This document shows positions 39,040-49,491 of a stretch of 56,744 nucleotides of DNA, piece by piece. The translations under genes were made by a program, and so were the position numbers. The stretch covers positions 1 through 56,744 of the forward strand of contig DATKZN010000049.1 of the NCBI GenBank assembly GCA_035527955.1, given 5' to 3'. The notes beneath the pieces are model-generated. The model was not told where the DNA came from. It searched no databases and saw only the letters and a list, made by a program, of their open reading frames with translations. Within the stretch, counting starts at the first letter, position 1, and each line of letters opens with the position of its first letter. Origin of the DNA: Gammaproteobacteria bacterium (GTDB lineage Bacteria; Pseudomonadota; Gammaproteobacteria; UBA9214).

Positions 39040-42000
39040 CTACGCCTCCGGCTTCGGGAACAGTATCCGGTACCTCGTGCAGCTCCATTCGCGCAGGTCG
39101 TCCACGATAAGGTAGAAGCTGGGGATGGCGATCAGCACCACGGCGGTGGCGAACAGCAGGCCGAAACCCAGGCTCACCGCCATCGGCGACAGGAACGCAG
39201 TCTGGCCGGTGGCGAAGAAGATCAGCGGCGAAATGCCGAGGAAGGTGGTGATACTCGTGAGCAGGATCGGCCGGATGCGCACCCGGCCCGCCTGCACCAT
39301 GGCCTCGATGCGGTCCAGCCCCTCGGCGCGCAGGCGCTTGGCAAAGTCCACCAGGATGAGCGAGTCGTTGACGACGATACCGGTCAGCGCGAGGAAGCCG
39401 ATCGCGGACAGGAACTGCAGGTTGTAGCCGAACAGCAGGTGGCCGAACACCACGCCGATGCTGCCGAACGGAATGGCGATCATTACCACCAGCGGATCGA
39501 GCAGCGAGCGGAACAGCGCAGCGAGAATGAAGAAGATGATGGCAGCGGAGATCAGCAGCGCGTCCTTCATGCCGCTGAATGACTCCCCGGCGTCCTTCTT
39601 CTCGCCCAGGAACAGCAGCTCATAGCCGGGCAGGCGCCGGTCGATGTCGCCAAATTCCTTGGCGATCAGGTCGGTGACCTCCAGCGGCGTGGTCACGTTG
39701 TCGTCGACATCGGCGGTGACGATACCGAGGCGGCGCGTATCGCGGCGGCTGATGGTGTTCATGCCGCGCCCGGTGCTGATATCGGCCACATCGCCGAGGT
39801 ACACCAGCCGGCCGTCGCCCAGCACCAGCGGCAGATCCGCCAGGTCGCTGGAATGGCGGATGGTCTCCGGGTAGATCACGCGTACCGGCACGCGCTTGTT
39901 GCCACGCGTGACATGCACCGCCTCGACGCCGAGGAAACCGGTGCGCACGGCATCGGCCAGGTCGCTCTGCTTCAGGCCCAGCTCCTTGCCGCGCCCGTTC
40001 AGCGAATACTGGAACTCCAGCTTGCCGGTCTCGAGGTTCTGGCGCACGTCGTGCACCCCTGGCAGGCGCTGCAGGTAGTCGACCATTCGCGTAGCCTCGT
40101 CGCGCAGCACGCGCACGTCGCGTCCGGTCACGCCGACCTCGATGTCGGCCCCGGCCGGCCCGCCCTGCGGGCGCTGGATGGAGATGCGCTGGATGCCGGC
40201 CACCGCTGACAGTTTCTCGCGCAGCTCGTTGATGATGTCATCGGTCGGCCGGCTACGGCTGCCCTGCTCCGAGAAATCGAAACTCACCAGCGGCGAAATG
40301 AAACGCTCGATGATGCCCTCCGGTTTCGCCTTCTGCAGGTCCACGACCAGCTGGATGTAGTGACTGCCGATCTGGAAGCGGTTGAAGTCGATGAAGCTCA
40401 CACCGACATTGGTCAGCAGCGTACTGAGATCCGTCTCGTTGAGCGTGCCCAGCACCACCTGTTCCATGTGGCCGGCCAGCCGCGCGGTGTCCTCCAGGCT
40501 GTAGGTCTGCGGCGCCTCGGCGTTGATAAAGAACTGACCGACATCGACGTCATCGAACAGCTGAAAAGGCACGCGCGTCACCGCGAAGATGATAGTGACC
40601 ACCAGCAGGCCGGTGCTGAACAGCGCCACGAAGTAGCGATTTTGCAGCGCCCAGCGCAGCCAGCCGATGTAGCGCGCCAGCAGGCCGCTCCAGTCCACGC
40701 TGCGCTCGCCGGCCTTTTGCGCGCGCTTCCCGGCATGCAGCAACTCGGCGGCATGCGAGGGCAGCACACCGAACGCCTCCCACAGCGAACCGAGCAGTGC
40801 GGCGCTGACCACCACCGGAATCACCTCGATGAACGCGCCCATCACGCCCTTGATGGAAAACATCGGCATGAAGGCGGCCACTGTGGTGGCGGTACTGGCG
40901 ATCACCGGCCACAGCACTTCCTGCGCGCCCACACGCGCGGCCTCGTGCGCGGGCTTGCCCTGCTCCATATGCCGGTACATGTTCTCGGTGACGATGATCG
41001 CATCGTCGACGATCAGGCCGAGCGCGATCAGGAACGCGAACAGCGACACCATGTTGATGGTGTAACCGAGATAGAACAGCGCCACCACCGCGACCAGGAA
41101 CGAGATCGGGATGCCCATGGCAGTGATCAGCGCGACACGGAAGTTCAGGAACAGGTACAACGACAGCAGCACCAGCACCAGGCCGACCAGCCCGGACGAC
41201 TTCACTGTGTTGAGGCGGTTCTTGACGTACACCGAAAGATCATTGAACAGGCCGACCTCGATGGTCGGCGGCAGCTCGGTCCGCAGCTGCGCGGCAAACA
41301 CGCGCACCGCGTCCGCCACGTCGATGGTGGAGGCGTCCACCGTCTTGGTCACGGTCAGGTTGACCGAGGGCCGGCCGTTGAAACGGCCCAGGGTGCGCGC
41401 CTCCTCGAGACGCAGCTGGATATGCGCAATCTCGCCGAGGCGCAACTGACCACCACTGTCGTTACTGCGCACCGCGATGGCGCCGATGTCCTCGGGCTGC
41501 GGCGCCACGCCCTTGCCTCGCAGCAGGATATCGCCCTCGCGCGCCTTCAGCGAGCCGCCCGGCAGGTCGCGCAGGTTGCCGCGCACGGCTGCCAGCACCT
41601 CGTTCAGCGACACGCCGTGCGCGGCGAGTACGAACGGGTTGACCTCGACCCAGATCTCCCACTCGCGGTCGCCGGCGGCACCGACGCTGGCCACGCCGGA
41701 CAGTTTCGCCATGCGTTCCTTGATGAGATCGGCCTGCTCGTAGAGGAAGCCGCGCGACACCTCGCCGTACAGGCTCAGGCTGATCACCGGGAAGCGCGCC
41801 TTCACGCGCACCAGCTTTGGCTCCTCCGCCTCCTCCGGCAGATCGGTCACCTGGTCGAGCGCCGTCTGCGCATCGCGCATGTACTGGTCGACGTCGGTAC
41901 CCGACTTGAGCTTGATCATGATGGTGGTCGCGCCCTCGCTGCTGGTCGAGGTGATTTCGTCGATCTCCGGCATGCCCTCGAACTCTTCCTCGATGGGGAT

Positions 42001-42192
42001 GGTGACCTGGCGCTCGACCTCCTCCGGCGAGGCGCCCTCGAAGATGACGCTGATGCTGACCGCGTCCAGCTCGACGGTCGGGAACATCTCCTGCGGCATG
42101 GCCCGCCACGCCAGCACGCCAAGGATCACCACGATGCCCAGCAGCAGGTTGGTGACCAGCGGGTTATTGATGGAAAAGCGGATCAGCGACAT
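39040..42192 (-). CDS. RND-family efflux transporter permease (AcrB/AcrD/AcrF type)
   Basis: 1050 aa with 12-TM architecture and two large periplasmic loops. Contains IVDDAIIVTEN and VVNDSLILVDF motifs. Confidence 0.95.
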   Translation of the reverse strand: MSLIRFSINNPLVTNLLLGIVVILGVLAWRAMPQEMFPTVELDAVSISVIFEGASPEEVERQVTIPIEEEFEGMPEIDEITSTSSEGATTIMIKLKSGTDVDQYMRDAQTALDQVTDLPEEAEEPKLVRVKARFPVISLSLYGEVSRGFLYEQADLIKERMAKLSGVASVGAAGDREWEIWVEVNPFVLAAHGVSLNEVLAAVRGNLRDLPGGSLKAREGDILLRGKGVAPQPEDIGAIAVRSNDSGGQLRLGEIAHIQLRLEEARTLGRFNGRPSVNLTVTKTVDASTIDVADAVRVFAAQLRTELPPTIEVGLFNDLSVYVKNRLNTVKSSGLVGLVLVLLSLYLFLNFRVALITAMGIPISFLVAVVALFYLGYTINMVSLFAFLIALGLIVDDAIIVTENMYRHMEQGKPAHEAARVGAQEVLWPVIASTATTVAAFMPMFSIKGVMGAFIEVIPVVVSAALLGSLWEAFGVLPSHAAELLHAGKRAQKAGERSVDWSGLLARYIGWLRWALQNRYFVALFSTGLLVVTIIFAVTRVPFQLFDDVDVGQFFINAEAPQTYSLEDTARLAGHMEQVVLGTLNETDLSTLLTNVGVSFIDFNRFQIGSHYIQLVVDLQKAKPEGIIERFISPLVSFDFSEQGSRSRPTDDIINELREKLSAVAGIQRISIQRPQGGPAGADIEVGVTGRDVRVLRDEATRMVDYLQRLPGVHDVRQNLETGKLEFQYSLNGRGKELGLKQSDLADAVRTGFLGVEAVHVTRGNKRVPVRVIYPETIRHSSDLADLPLVLGDGRLVYLGDVADISTGRGMNTISRRDTRRLGIVTADVDDNVTTPLEVTDLIAKEFGDIDRRLPGYELLFLGEKKDAGESFSGMKDALLISAAIIFFILAALFRSLLDPLVVMIAIPFGSIGVVFGHLLFGYNLQFLSAIGFLALTGIVVNDSLILVDFAKRLRAEGLDRIEAMVQAGRVRIRPILLTSITTFLGISPLIFFATGQTAFLSPMAVSLGFGLLFATAVVLIAIPSFYLIVDDLREWSCTRYRILFPKPEA

Positions 42193-42211
42193 CGGCGGTG
42201 CTGACGAACGC

Positions 42212-43396
42212 TCAGGATGCCGGCTGCGGTGCGGGCAGGCGCTCGACGCTCACGACCTGGCCGTCGCTGAGCGCCGCGACGTCGCGCGCCACGACCAGCG
42301 CGTCCCTGGCGATGCCAGCGCGAATTTCCTGCCACTCGCCGACGCGGTGGCCGAGAACGACCTCGATCCGCTCCAGCGTGTCGCCGTTGATCCGGAACAG
42401 GAAGGTCTGGCCTTCCTCGTACAGCACCGCGGTGGCCGGCACCGCCACCACCTGTTGCAAGGCCTGCAAGGGCAGGCGCACCCGGGCCACCTGCCCGGGA
42501 CGCGCGCCGCTGCCGGCCAGGCGCACGCGCAGGGCATGGGTGAAGGTCACCGGGTCCGGGTCGAGCTGTATGGCGAATACCTCGCCCGGCAGCGCCTTGC
42601 CGCCGACCTCGACCTCCACCGCCTGCCCCTGGACCAGGGATTCCATCACGTCGCCGCGCACCTCGACGTACAGGTCGAGGCTGGCCGCATCGACCAGGTC
42701 GACGATATGCCGGCTGGGCGTAACGTAATCGCCGGCCTGGGCATCGACGCTGTTTACGGTGCCGTCGAACGGCGCCTGCAACCGGGTGCGCTCGAGATTG
42801 CGCGCGGCACGGTTGCGCGCGGCCTCCTTCAGCGCCAGGCGCGCATCCGCCGAGGCCGTGCTGGCCTTGAGCTGCGCGACCTCGGATTCCAGCCGGATCA
42901 GCTGGATGCGCACCTCGTCGAGGTGCGATTTTGACACCAGCGATTCCGCGCCGAGCTGCTCCAGCCGCTCGAGGTCATTTTTCTGCAAGGCGTAATTCTG
43001 GCGCGCCAGCTTGAGCAGCTCACGGTCGCGCTGGATGTTGCGCTGCTCCTGCGCGAGCTGGGCCTCGGCCTCGACCAGCGCATCCCGGTAGTCGCCGGCC
43101 GCCAGCTCGAGCAGCAGGTCGCCGGCCGCCACCGCCTGGCCAGGCTCGACCGCCCGCGTGGCCACCTGCCCGGCCAGTTCGAAATGCAGCGACGCCTTGC
43201 GCGCGGGGTCCAGCCGCCCGCTGACCGTCTCGGCCGGCACCAGGTCGCGCAGGCCAACCGTGACGGCCTTGACGCGTGTGGGCACCGCCTCGCGCAGTTC
43301 GGCCTCCTGTTCCGGCGCCGTCAGCACCAGCAGTACGGCGGCCGCGAGCAGGCCCAGCAGGAGGTACCGCTGAATGGATGACTTGATAGCTAACAC
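42212..43396 (-). CDS. RND efflux periplasmic adaptor (membrane fusion protein)
   Basis: 394 aa with a GTG start and an N-terminal anchor. A coiled-coil hairpin region (AEAQLAQEQRN...LERLEQL) is followed by beta-barrel domains. Lies 19 nt upstream of the permease gene. Confidence 0.9.
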   Translation of the reverse strand: MLAIKSSIQRYLLLGLLAAAVLLVLTAPEQEAELREAVPTRVKAVTVGLRDLVPAETVSGRLDPARKASLHFELAGQVATRAVEPGQAVAAGDLLLELAAGDYRDALVEAEAQLAQEQRNIQRDRELLKLARQNYALQKNDLERLEQLGAESLVSKSHLDEVRIQLIRLESEVAQLKASTASADARLALKEAARNRAARNLERTRLQAPFDGTVNSVDAQAGDYVTPSRHIVDLVDAASLDLYVEVRGDVMESLVQGQAVEVEVGGKALPGEVFAIQLDPDPVTFTHALRVRLAGSGARPGQVARVRLPLQALQQVVAVPATAVLYEEGQTFLFRINGDTLERIEVVLGHRVGEWQEIRAGIARDALVVARDVAALSDGQVVSVERLPAPQPAS

Positions 43397-43557
43397 ACTG
43401 ATTATAAATTGTTTGAAAGTGAGTCCATTCTATGCGATTTTACCTCGCGTCCGCCATCCGGCCGGCCCGGGTCAACATCAAGCTCAAAACGTTCCTGTAT
43501 GCGCATCTGCCTGCCGAGTTTCCCGTTACGCCGCCCTACAGGGCGGAATCCGGGCGT

Positions 43558-46137
43558 ATGAAGCGGCGCGACGCGCTGCCAGTCATGACGCTGGCCCTGC
43601 TGCTGGCGCAGCCAGCGCCGGCCAGCGCGCAATGGGATTGCAGCCAGCGGCCGGACGGTGAGTGGGATTGTTCCGCCAGTGAGACACCGGCAATGCAGCC
43701 GACGTTCCCTGCCGCGACGCTCGATGCCGCACCCGCCGCCGAGTCCGTCATGCCCCCGTCATCTGCGCCCGCGGACGCGCCTCAACCGGATGCGGCCGAT
43801 TCCGCAACCGGGATCGCGCCAGACACGGTCTCGACGGATACCACAGCCACTGACCCGGCAGCACCGCAAACGACGGATCAACCCCCCGCCGCGGCGACAC
43901 CGGCGCCGACCCCTGCACCCGGAACGGAGCCTCGCGCGCAAACGCCGGCGGCCACAGCCGACACGGCCGCGCCGGATGCAAGCGGCACCGTGAAACCGGA
44001 TCGCTGGGCAATGTGCCCGCCGATGACACTGGACACCGGCACCGACCTCCCCGCAATCGGTGGCGCAGCGGACACGATCGGCCTGGAGGCGGACAGTGCG
44101 GACGCCAGCGCCGACCGCGTCTTCACCTTGAGTGGCGATGCCGTAGTCCGCTACGGCAACCGCCTGCTGCAGGCAAGTGACATCACCTTCCGGCAGCAGA
44201 CCGGCGAGATCGAGGCCGGTGGCGGTATCCGTTTCACAGCGCCCGACCTGCAGGTGACCGGCGACTCGGCGCTGCTGCAGTCCGAGGAAGAACGCGGCAC
44301 CCTGCGCGGCATCACCTATACCTTGCCCAACCAGCACGCGCGCGGCGTGGCCGGCCTGCTCAGCCTGGAAGGCAGCCAGCGCCAGCGCCTGGAACAGGCG
44401 TCCTACACTACTTGCCCGCCCGGCAACCAGGACTGGCTGCTGTCGGCGGGCGAGGTCGAAATCGACCATGACGAGGGCACTGTTACCGCGCGCGACGCCA
44501 AGCTGACCTTCAAGCGCGTACCGATCCTCTACACGCCGTACATGAGCTTCCCGCTTGATGACCGGCGCAAGTCCGGCCTGCTGTTTCCGAAGGTCGGCAC
44601 GACCGATGAAACCGGTATCGATATCAGTATCCCGTGGTACTGGAACATCGCGCCGAACCGCGACGCCACCATCACCCCGCGCGTCATGACCGACCGCGGC
44701 ACCATGCTGGGCGGTGAATTCCGTTTCATGACCGCACACAGCGCCGGCACCCTGACCGCGGAATACCTGCCGTCGGACGACGAATACGGCAACCAGGACC
44801 GCAGCTTCGTCAGCCTGTCCCACAGCGCCAATCCGAAACCGCGGCTGGAAACCTACATCAGGGTCGGCGATGTATCCGATCCGTTCTATTTCGGGGACTT
44901 CGGCAACGACCTGGCGACCACCAGCCAGACCAGCCTGGAACGCACTGCGCAAGCCGTCTGGCACGGGCACGACTGGAATATGGGACTGACCGTTCAGGAC
45001 TTCCAGAACCTCGACACCACGCTGGCACCGGCGGACCGGCCCTACCGGCAGTTGCCGCAAATCGTCTACGAACTCAGCCCGGCGCAACGCTTCCTTGGCC
45101 TGCGCAGTTCAGCCAGGGCGGAACTCAACTATTTCACCCACAGCGACAATACGCTGGTGAAAGGCACCCGCTTCGATGTCCAGCCGCGCCTCAGCCTGCC
45201 GCTGCGCCGCGCCGGCGGGTATATCGAGCCGGCACTGAGCGTACGCCATACCACCTATGCACTGGACAACGTCAGCGCCGGCATGAATGACAGCCCGAGC
45301 CGCACCACGCCGGTCTACAGTCTCGATGCCGGCACCTTCTTCGAACGCAACGGCAGCTGGGGAGACCATCCGTACGTGCAGACACTGGAACCGCGCCTGT
45401 TCTACCTGTACGTGCCCGACAGGGACCAGACCGACCTGCCGGTGTTCGATACCGGCAACTTCGATTCCAATTTCTGGGCGTTGTTCCGCGACAACCGCTT
45501 CAACGGGCCGGACCGCATGGGTGACGCCAACCAGCTGGCGCTGGCCGTCACCACACGTGTCCTGGACCCCGCCAGCGGACGACAGCTGCTCAGTGCCAGC
45601 CTCGGTTCGCTGCTGTACTTCCGCGACCGCACTGTCACCCTGCCGGGCAGTCCCGCCGCCCTGGACAGCAGCTCGGACATCATCGCCGAGCTGTCGCTGG
45701 CACTGACGCGCCACTGGATGGCACGCGGCGAGGTGCTCTGGAACCCGCATGAGTCCCGCACCGAGCGCAACAACTTCCGCGTGCAATACCGTCTCGACCC
45801 GCGCCGGCTCATCAATCTCGGCTACCGGTACCGCAACGGCATTCAGGAACAGACCGACGTGTCCTTCCTGTGGCCGCTCGGCAACGCCTGGCACATGGTC
45901 GGCCGCTGGTACTACGATGTGACGGCGGATGAAACTATCGAGGCGCTGGGTGGTCTGGGTTACGAGCGCTGCTGCTGGGGCGTCCAGTTGCTGGCCCGCA
46001 ACTACATCAACAATGACGGCAGTGCGCGTACCACCGCCGTGTTCCTGCAGCTGGAGTTCAAGGGCCTCGGCAAGCTGGGCACCAGAGTCGATGATGCGCT
46101 AGAACGTGGTATTCTTGGCTACCAATCCGATAACTGA
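43558..46137 (+). CDS. lptD: LPS-assembly outer membrane protein LptD, with a Pro/Ala/Thr-rich N-terminal extension
   Basis: Start set at MKRRDALPVMTLALLLAQPAPASA (signal peptide). The OstA_N region (DRVFTLSGDAVVRYGN) and the C-terminal beta-barrel follow. surA-pdxA lie downstream. Confidence 0.9.
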   Translation: MKRRDALPVMTLALLLAQPAPASAQWDCSQRPDGEWDCSASETPAMQPTFPAATLDAAPAAESVMPPSSAPADAPQPDAADSATGIAPDTVSTDTTATDPAAPQTTDQPPAAATPAPTPAPGTEPRAQTPAATADTAAPDASGTVKPDRWAMCPPMTLDTGTDLPAIGGAADTIGLEADSADASADRVFTLSGDAVVRYGNRLLQASDITFRQQTGEIEAGGGIRFTAPDLQVTGDSALLQSEEERGTLRGITYTLPNQHARGVAGLLSLEGSQRQRLEQASYTTCPPGNQDWLLSAGEVEIDHDEGTVTARDAKLTFKRVPILYTPYMSFPLDDRRKSGLLFPKVGTTDETGIDISIPWYWNIAPNRDATITPRVMTDRGTMLGGEFRFMTAHSAGTLTAEYLPSDDEYGNQDRSFVSLSHSANPKPRLETYIRVGDVSDPFYFGDFGNDLATTSQTSLERTAQAVWHGHDWNMGLTVQDFQNLDTTLAPADRPYRQLPQIVYELSPAQRFLGLRSSARAELNYFTHSDNTLVKGTRFDVQPRLSLPLRRAGGYIEPALSVRHTTYALDNVSAGMNDSPSRTTPVYSLDAGTFFERNGSWGDHPYVQTLEPRLFYLYVPDRDQTDLPVFDTGNFDSNFWALFRDNRFNGPDRMGDANQLALAVTTRVLDPASGRQLLSASLGSLLYFRDRTVTLPGSPAALDSSSDIIAELSLALTRHWMARGEVLWNPHESRTERNNFRVQYRLDPRRLINLGYRYRNGIQEQTDVSFLWPLGNAWHMVGRWYYDVTADETIEALGGLGYERCCWGVQLLARNYINNDGSARTTAVFLQLEFKGLGKLGTRVDDALERGILGYQSDN

Positions 46138-46155
46138 TATTCAAGAACTGACACT

Positions 46156-47478
46156 ATGAAATACCCCCGATTCCTGGCTGCGCTGGCACTGCTGGCCCTT
46201 GGCGCCGGCGCAGCGGTTGCCGCCGATGATCCGGCGGTATTACCGGCGCCCGGGCAGGGCCTGCTGAACCGCATCGTGGCCGTCGTCAACGACGGTATCA
46301 TCGTCTCCAGCGAGCTGGATGCTTCCATGGCCAGCGTGATTTCACAGCTGCGCGAAAAGGGCACCCAGTTGCCGGAGCGCAGCGTGCTGGAACGGCAGGT
46401 ACTGGAACGCCTGGTGGTCGAAAAACTGCAGCTGCAGCTCGCCGAGACCAATGGCATGTCGATCGACGACAGCACGCTGAACAGCGAGGTGCAGGACCTG
46501 GCCCGCAACAATAATATCTCGGTCTCCGACTTCCGCGCCGTCATCGAGCGCGACGGCTTCAGCTACGCGGCCTTCCGCGAGGACCTGCGCAAGCAGCTGC
46601 TGATCCAGGAACTGCGCCGGCAGATGGTCAGCAGTCGCATCCGGGTAACCGACCAGGAAGTCGACAATCTGCTGGCCACCCTCAAGAGCAGCGGCTCGGG
46701 CGATGTGGAGTATCACCTCGCACATATACTGGTCGCGATTCCCGAAGCCGCCAATCCGGAACAGATCCAGGCCGCTGAGCAGCGCGCCACGGACATCCTC
46801 CGGCGCCTGCGCACGAACGCCGACTTTGCCGAAATCGCAATTGCCGAATCGGACGCCCAGACCGCCCTGGAAGGCGGCGATATCGGCTGGCGCAGCATCG
46901 GCCAGATGCCCGAGCTGTTCGTCGAACCGCTGCAGACCCTGCGGCCGGGCAATGTCTCCGGGCTGATCCGCAGCCCCGGCGGCTTTCACATCATCAAGCT
47001 GGTGGAAAAACGCGGCGACGAGCGTCACATCATGCGCCAGACACGCGCACGCCATATCCTGCTGAAGGAGGACGACCTGCACAGCGAAGCAGACAACCGC
47101 GTCCGCATCAGGCAGCTGGAGATGCGCCTGCGCGCGGGCGAGGACTTCGCGACCCTGGCACGCTCGAATTCGCAGGACACGCTGTCGGCGGCCAAGGGCG
47201 GCGACCTCGGCTGGCTCGGCCCGGGCGATACCATCCCCGATTTCGAGACAGCCATGAACAAGCTCGCCCCGGGCGAAATCAGCGAACCGGTTCAGACTCG
47301 CTTCGGCTGGCACCTGATCCAGGTCCAGGAATACCGCGATCATGACAATACGGAAGAATTCGAACGCAACCGCGTCAAGAACCTGATCCGCTCGCGCAAG
47401 TACGACGAGGAACTGTTTCTCTGGCTGCGGCGCCTGCGCGACGAAGCCTATGTGGAATTCCGCGTCGACGAAAGTTAG
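46156..47478 (+). CDS. surA: periplasmic chaperone / peptidyl-prolyl isomerase SurA
   Basis: Signal peptide, SurA N-domain (NRIVAVVNDGIIVSSEL) and two parvulin domains (GGDIGW, GGDLGW...FGWHLIQV). Confidence 0.95.
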   Translation: MKYPRFLAALALLALGAGAAVAADDPAVLPAPGQGLLNRIVAVVNDGIIVSSELDASMASVISQLREKGTQLPERSVLERQVLERLVVEKLQLQLAETNGMSIDDSTLNSEVQDLARNNNISVSDFRAVIERDGFSYAAFREDLRKQLLIQELRRQMVSSRIRVTDQEVDNLLATLKSSGSGDVEYHLAHILVAIPEAANPEQIQAAEQRATDILRRLRTNADFAEIAIAESDAQTALEGGDIGWRSIGQMPELFVEPLQTLRPGNVSGLIRSPGGFHIIKLVEKRGDERHIMRQTRARHILLKEDDLHSEADNRVRIRQLEMRLRAGEDFATLARSNSQDTLSAAKGGDLGWLGPGDTIPDFETAMNKLAPGEISEPVQTRFGWHLIQVQEYRDHDNTEEFERNRVKNLIRSRKYDEELFLWLRRLRDEAYVEFRVDES

Positions 47479-48488
47479 TGCGCATTGACTTGACCGCTGA
47501 TGTACTCCGCATAGCTGTTACGCCGGGCGAACCGGCGGGTATCGGGCCTGACCTGTGCCTGCTACTGCCAGCTCACCTGCCGCCCGATGTCGAGGCGGTC
47601 TTCGTCTGCGACCCCGTACTATTGACGGCGCGTGCCGCGCGCCTCGGGCTGCCGGCACGCATCCGTAACTTCGATCCCGACGCTGCGCCGCGTCCGGCTG
47701 AGACCGGCGAGTATTGCGTTGCACCGGTTGCATTACGCGCCCCGGTGCAGTGCGGCGTACTGGACAGCAGCAACGCACGCTACGTCCTCGACACGCTGGA
47801 TGCCGCGGTTGCCGGCTGCCTGGACGGCCGCTTTGCCGCACTGGTGACCGGGCCGGTACACAAGGCCGTTATCAACGATGCTGGCATTCCCTTCAGTGGC
47901 CATACCGAGTACCTCGCGGCAGCGACCAACACCCGTGACGTGGTCATGCTGCTTGCCGCCGGCGAGCTGCGCGTCGCACTGGTCACCACGCACGTACCGC
48001 TGGCCAGGGTCAGCTCTCTGATAACCGCAGCACGCCTGCAACGCGTGCTGGGTGTCTTGCACCATGACCTGCAAACCCGCTTCGGCATTGAACGGCCGCA
48101 CATCAAGGTGTGCGGTCTCAATCCTCATGCCGGCGAGGGCGGGCACCTTGGTCACGCGGAACACGAGGTGATCAGCCCGGTACTCGACGAGCTTCGGGCA
48201 GCGGGCATGGACCTGGCCGGCCCGGTGCCGGCCGACACGGTATTCACCCCGGACAGCATCGCGGCCAGCGACGCCATCCTCGCCATGTACCATGACCAGG
48301 GCCTGCCGGTGCTGAAACATGTCGGCTTCGGCCGCGCCGTCAACATCACGCTCGGACTGCCGATCATCCGCACCTCGGTCGATCACGGCACCGCCCTGGA
48401 ACTCGCCGGCACCGGCCGCGTCGACACCGGCAGCCTGCGGGTGGCCATGCGCTACGCGATGGAGATGGCGCGGCAGCGGTCCGGCTGA
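47478..48488 (+). CDS. pdxA: 4-hydroxythreonine-4-phosphate dehydrogenase
   Basis: Contains GEPAGIGPD, GHTEYL, NPHAGEGG and HDQG motifs. The GTG start overlaps the surA stop. Confidence 0.95.
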   Translation: MRIDLTADVLRIAVTPGEPAGIGPDLCLLLPAHLPPDVEAVFVCDPVLLTARAARLGLPARIRNFDPDAAPRPAETGEYCVAPVALRAPVQCGVLDSSNARYVLDTLDAAVAGCLDGRFAALVTGPVHKAVINDAGIPFSGHTEYLAAATNTRDVVMLLAAGELRVALVTTHVPLARVSSLITAARLQRVLGVLHHDLQTRFGIERPHIKVCGLNPHAGEGGHLGHAEHEVISPVLDELRAAGMDLAGPVPADTVFTPDSIAASDAILAMYHDQGLPVLKHVGFGRAVNITLGLPIIRTSVDHGTALELAGTGRVDTGSLRVAMRYAMEMARQRSG

Positions 48489-48492
48489 CGGG

Positions 48493-49491
48493 GTGCATGT
48501 GATACCAGGCAACGGACAAGCGGACCGGCAGATCCACGGCCGCACCCTGGAACAGCTGCAGCATAACCACGACTTTTCAGTACAGAACGAAAAGGGCGAA
48601 CGGCGCACGCGCCTGGTACTGGTACTGACCGCGCTGACCATGGTGGTGGAAATCGCCGCGGGCAGCGTGTACGGCTCCATGGCGCTGCTGGCGGATGGCT
48701 TGCACATGGGCACACACGTCGCCGCTTTCATGATTACCATCTTCGCCTACCGCTATGCACGCCGGCATGCCGAGAATCCCGATTATTCCTTCGGCACCGG
48801 CAAGGTAAGTGTCCTGGGAGGCTATACCAGCGCGGTAGTGCTGGCGGTCGTGGCCCTGGTCATGCTGCTCGAATCACTGCAGCGGATCATTGTCCCGCAC
48901 GCCATTCACTTTAATGAAGCCATCGTGGTCGCGATCATCGGGTTGCTGGTCAATATCGTCAGCGCCCTGCTGCTGAAAGACGGCCACACACATGCTCACG
49001 AGCACGAACACGAACACGAACACGAACATCATGACCATAACTTGCGCGCCGCCTACCTGCACGTGCTGGCCGACGCGCTGACCTCGTTGCTGGCCATTGC
49101 CGCGCTGGTATCCGGCAAGTTCCTGGGCTGGACGTGGCTTGATCCGGTGATGGGAATGGTAGGTGCGATCATCATCTCGCGCTGGTCGTACGGATTGCTC
49201 ACGCAAACCGGACCGGTACTGCTCGATGCCAGCATCGACAGCGCCCGCCAGGCCGCCGTCAGGAAAGCCATAGAAAACGGCACAGACAACAGGATTGCCG
49301 ACATCCATGTCTGGAAAATCGGCGCCAACGACTATGCGGCGATCATTTCACTGGTGACGCACGACCCGCAACCTGCGGAACACTACCGGCAACTGCTGGG
49401 GAATTTCGACTGGCTGTCCCACATCACGATCGAGGTGAACAAGTGCCGGGACGAGCCGTGCGCAATCTCCGGCAACAGCACCCGCGCCTAG
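48493..49491 (+). CDS. cation diffusion facilitator (CDF) family divalent-metal efflux transporter with a His-rich cytoplasmic loop
   Basis: The ORF is trimmed to an in-frame GTG (48493 or 48499) just after the pdxA stop. Six TM helices. Contains ALLADGLHMGTH and HVLADALTS motifs and the loop HTHAHEHEHEHEHEHHDH. The TAG stop lies inside the MITE terminal CTAG. Confidence 0.85.
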   Translation: MHVIPGNGQADRQIHGRTLEQLQHNHDFSVQNEKGERRTRLVLVLTALTMVVEIAAGSVYGSMALLADGLHMGTHVAAFMITIFAYRYARRHAENPDYSFGTGKVSVLGGYTSAVVLAVVALVMLLESLQRIIVPHAIHFNEAIVVAIIGLLVNIVSALLLKDGHTHAHEHEHEHEHEHHDHNLRAAYLHVLADALTSLLAIAALVSGKFLGWTWLDPVMGMVGAIIISRWSYGLLTQTGPVLLDASIDSARQAAVRKAIENGTDNRIADIHVWKIGANDYAAIISLVTHDPQPAEHYRQLLGNFDWLSHITIEVNKCRDEPCAISGNSTRA

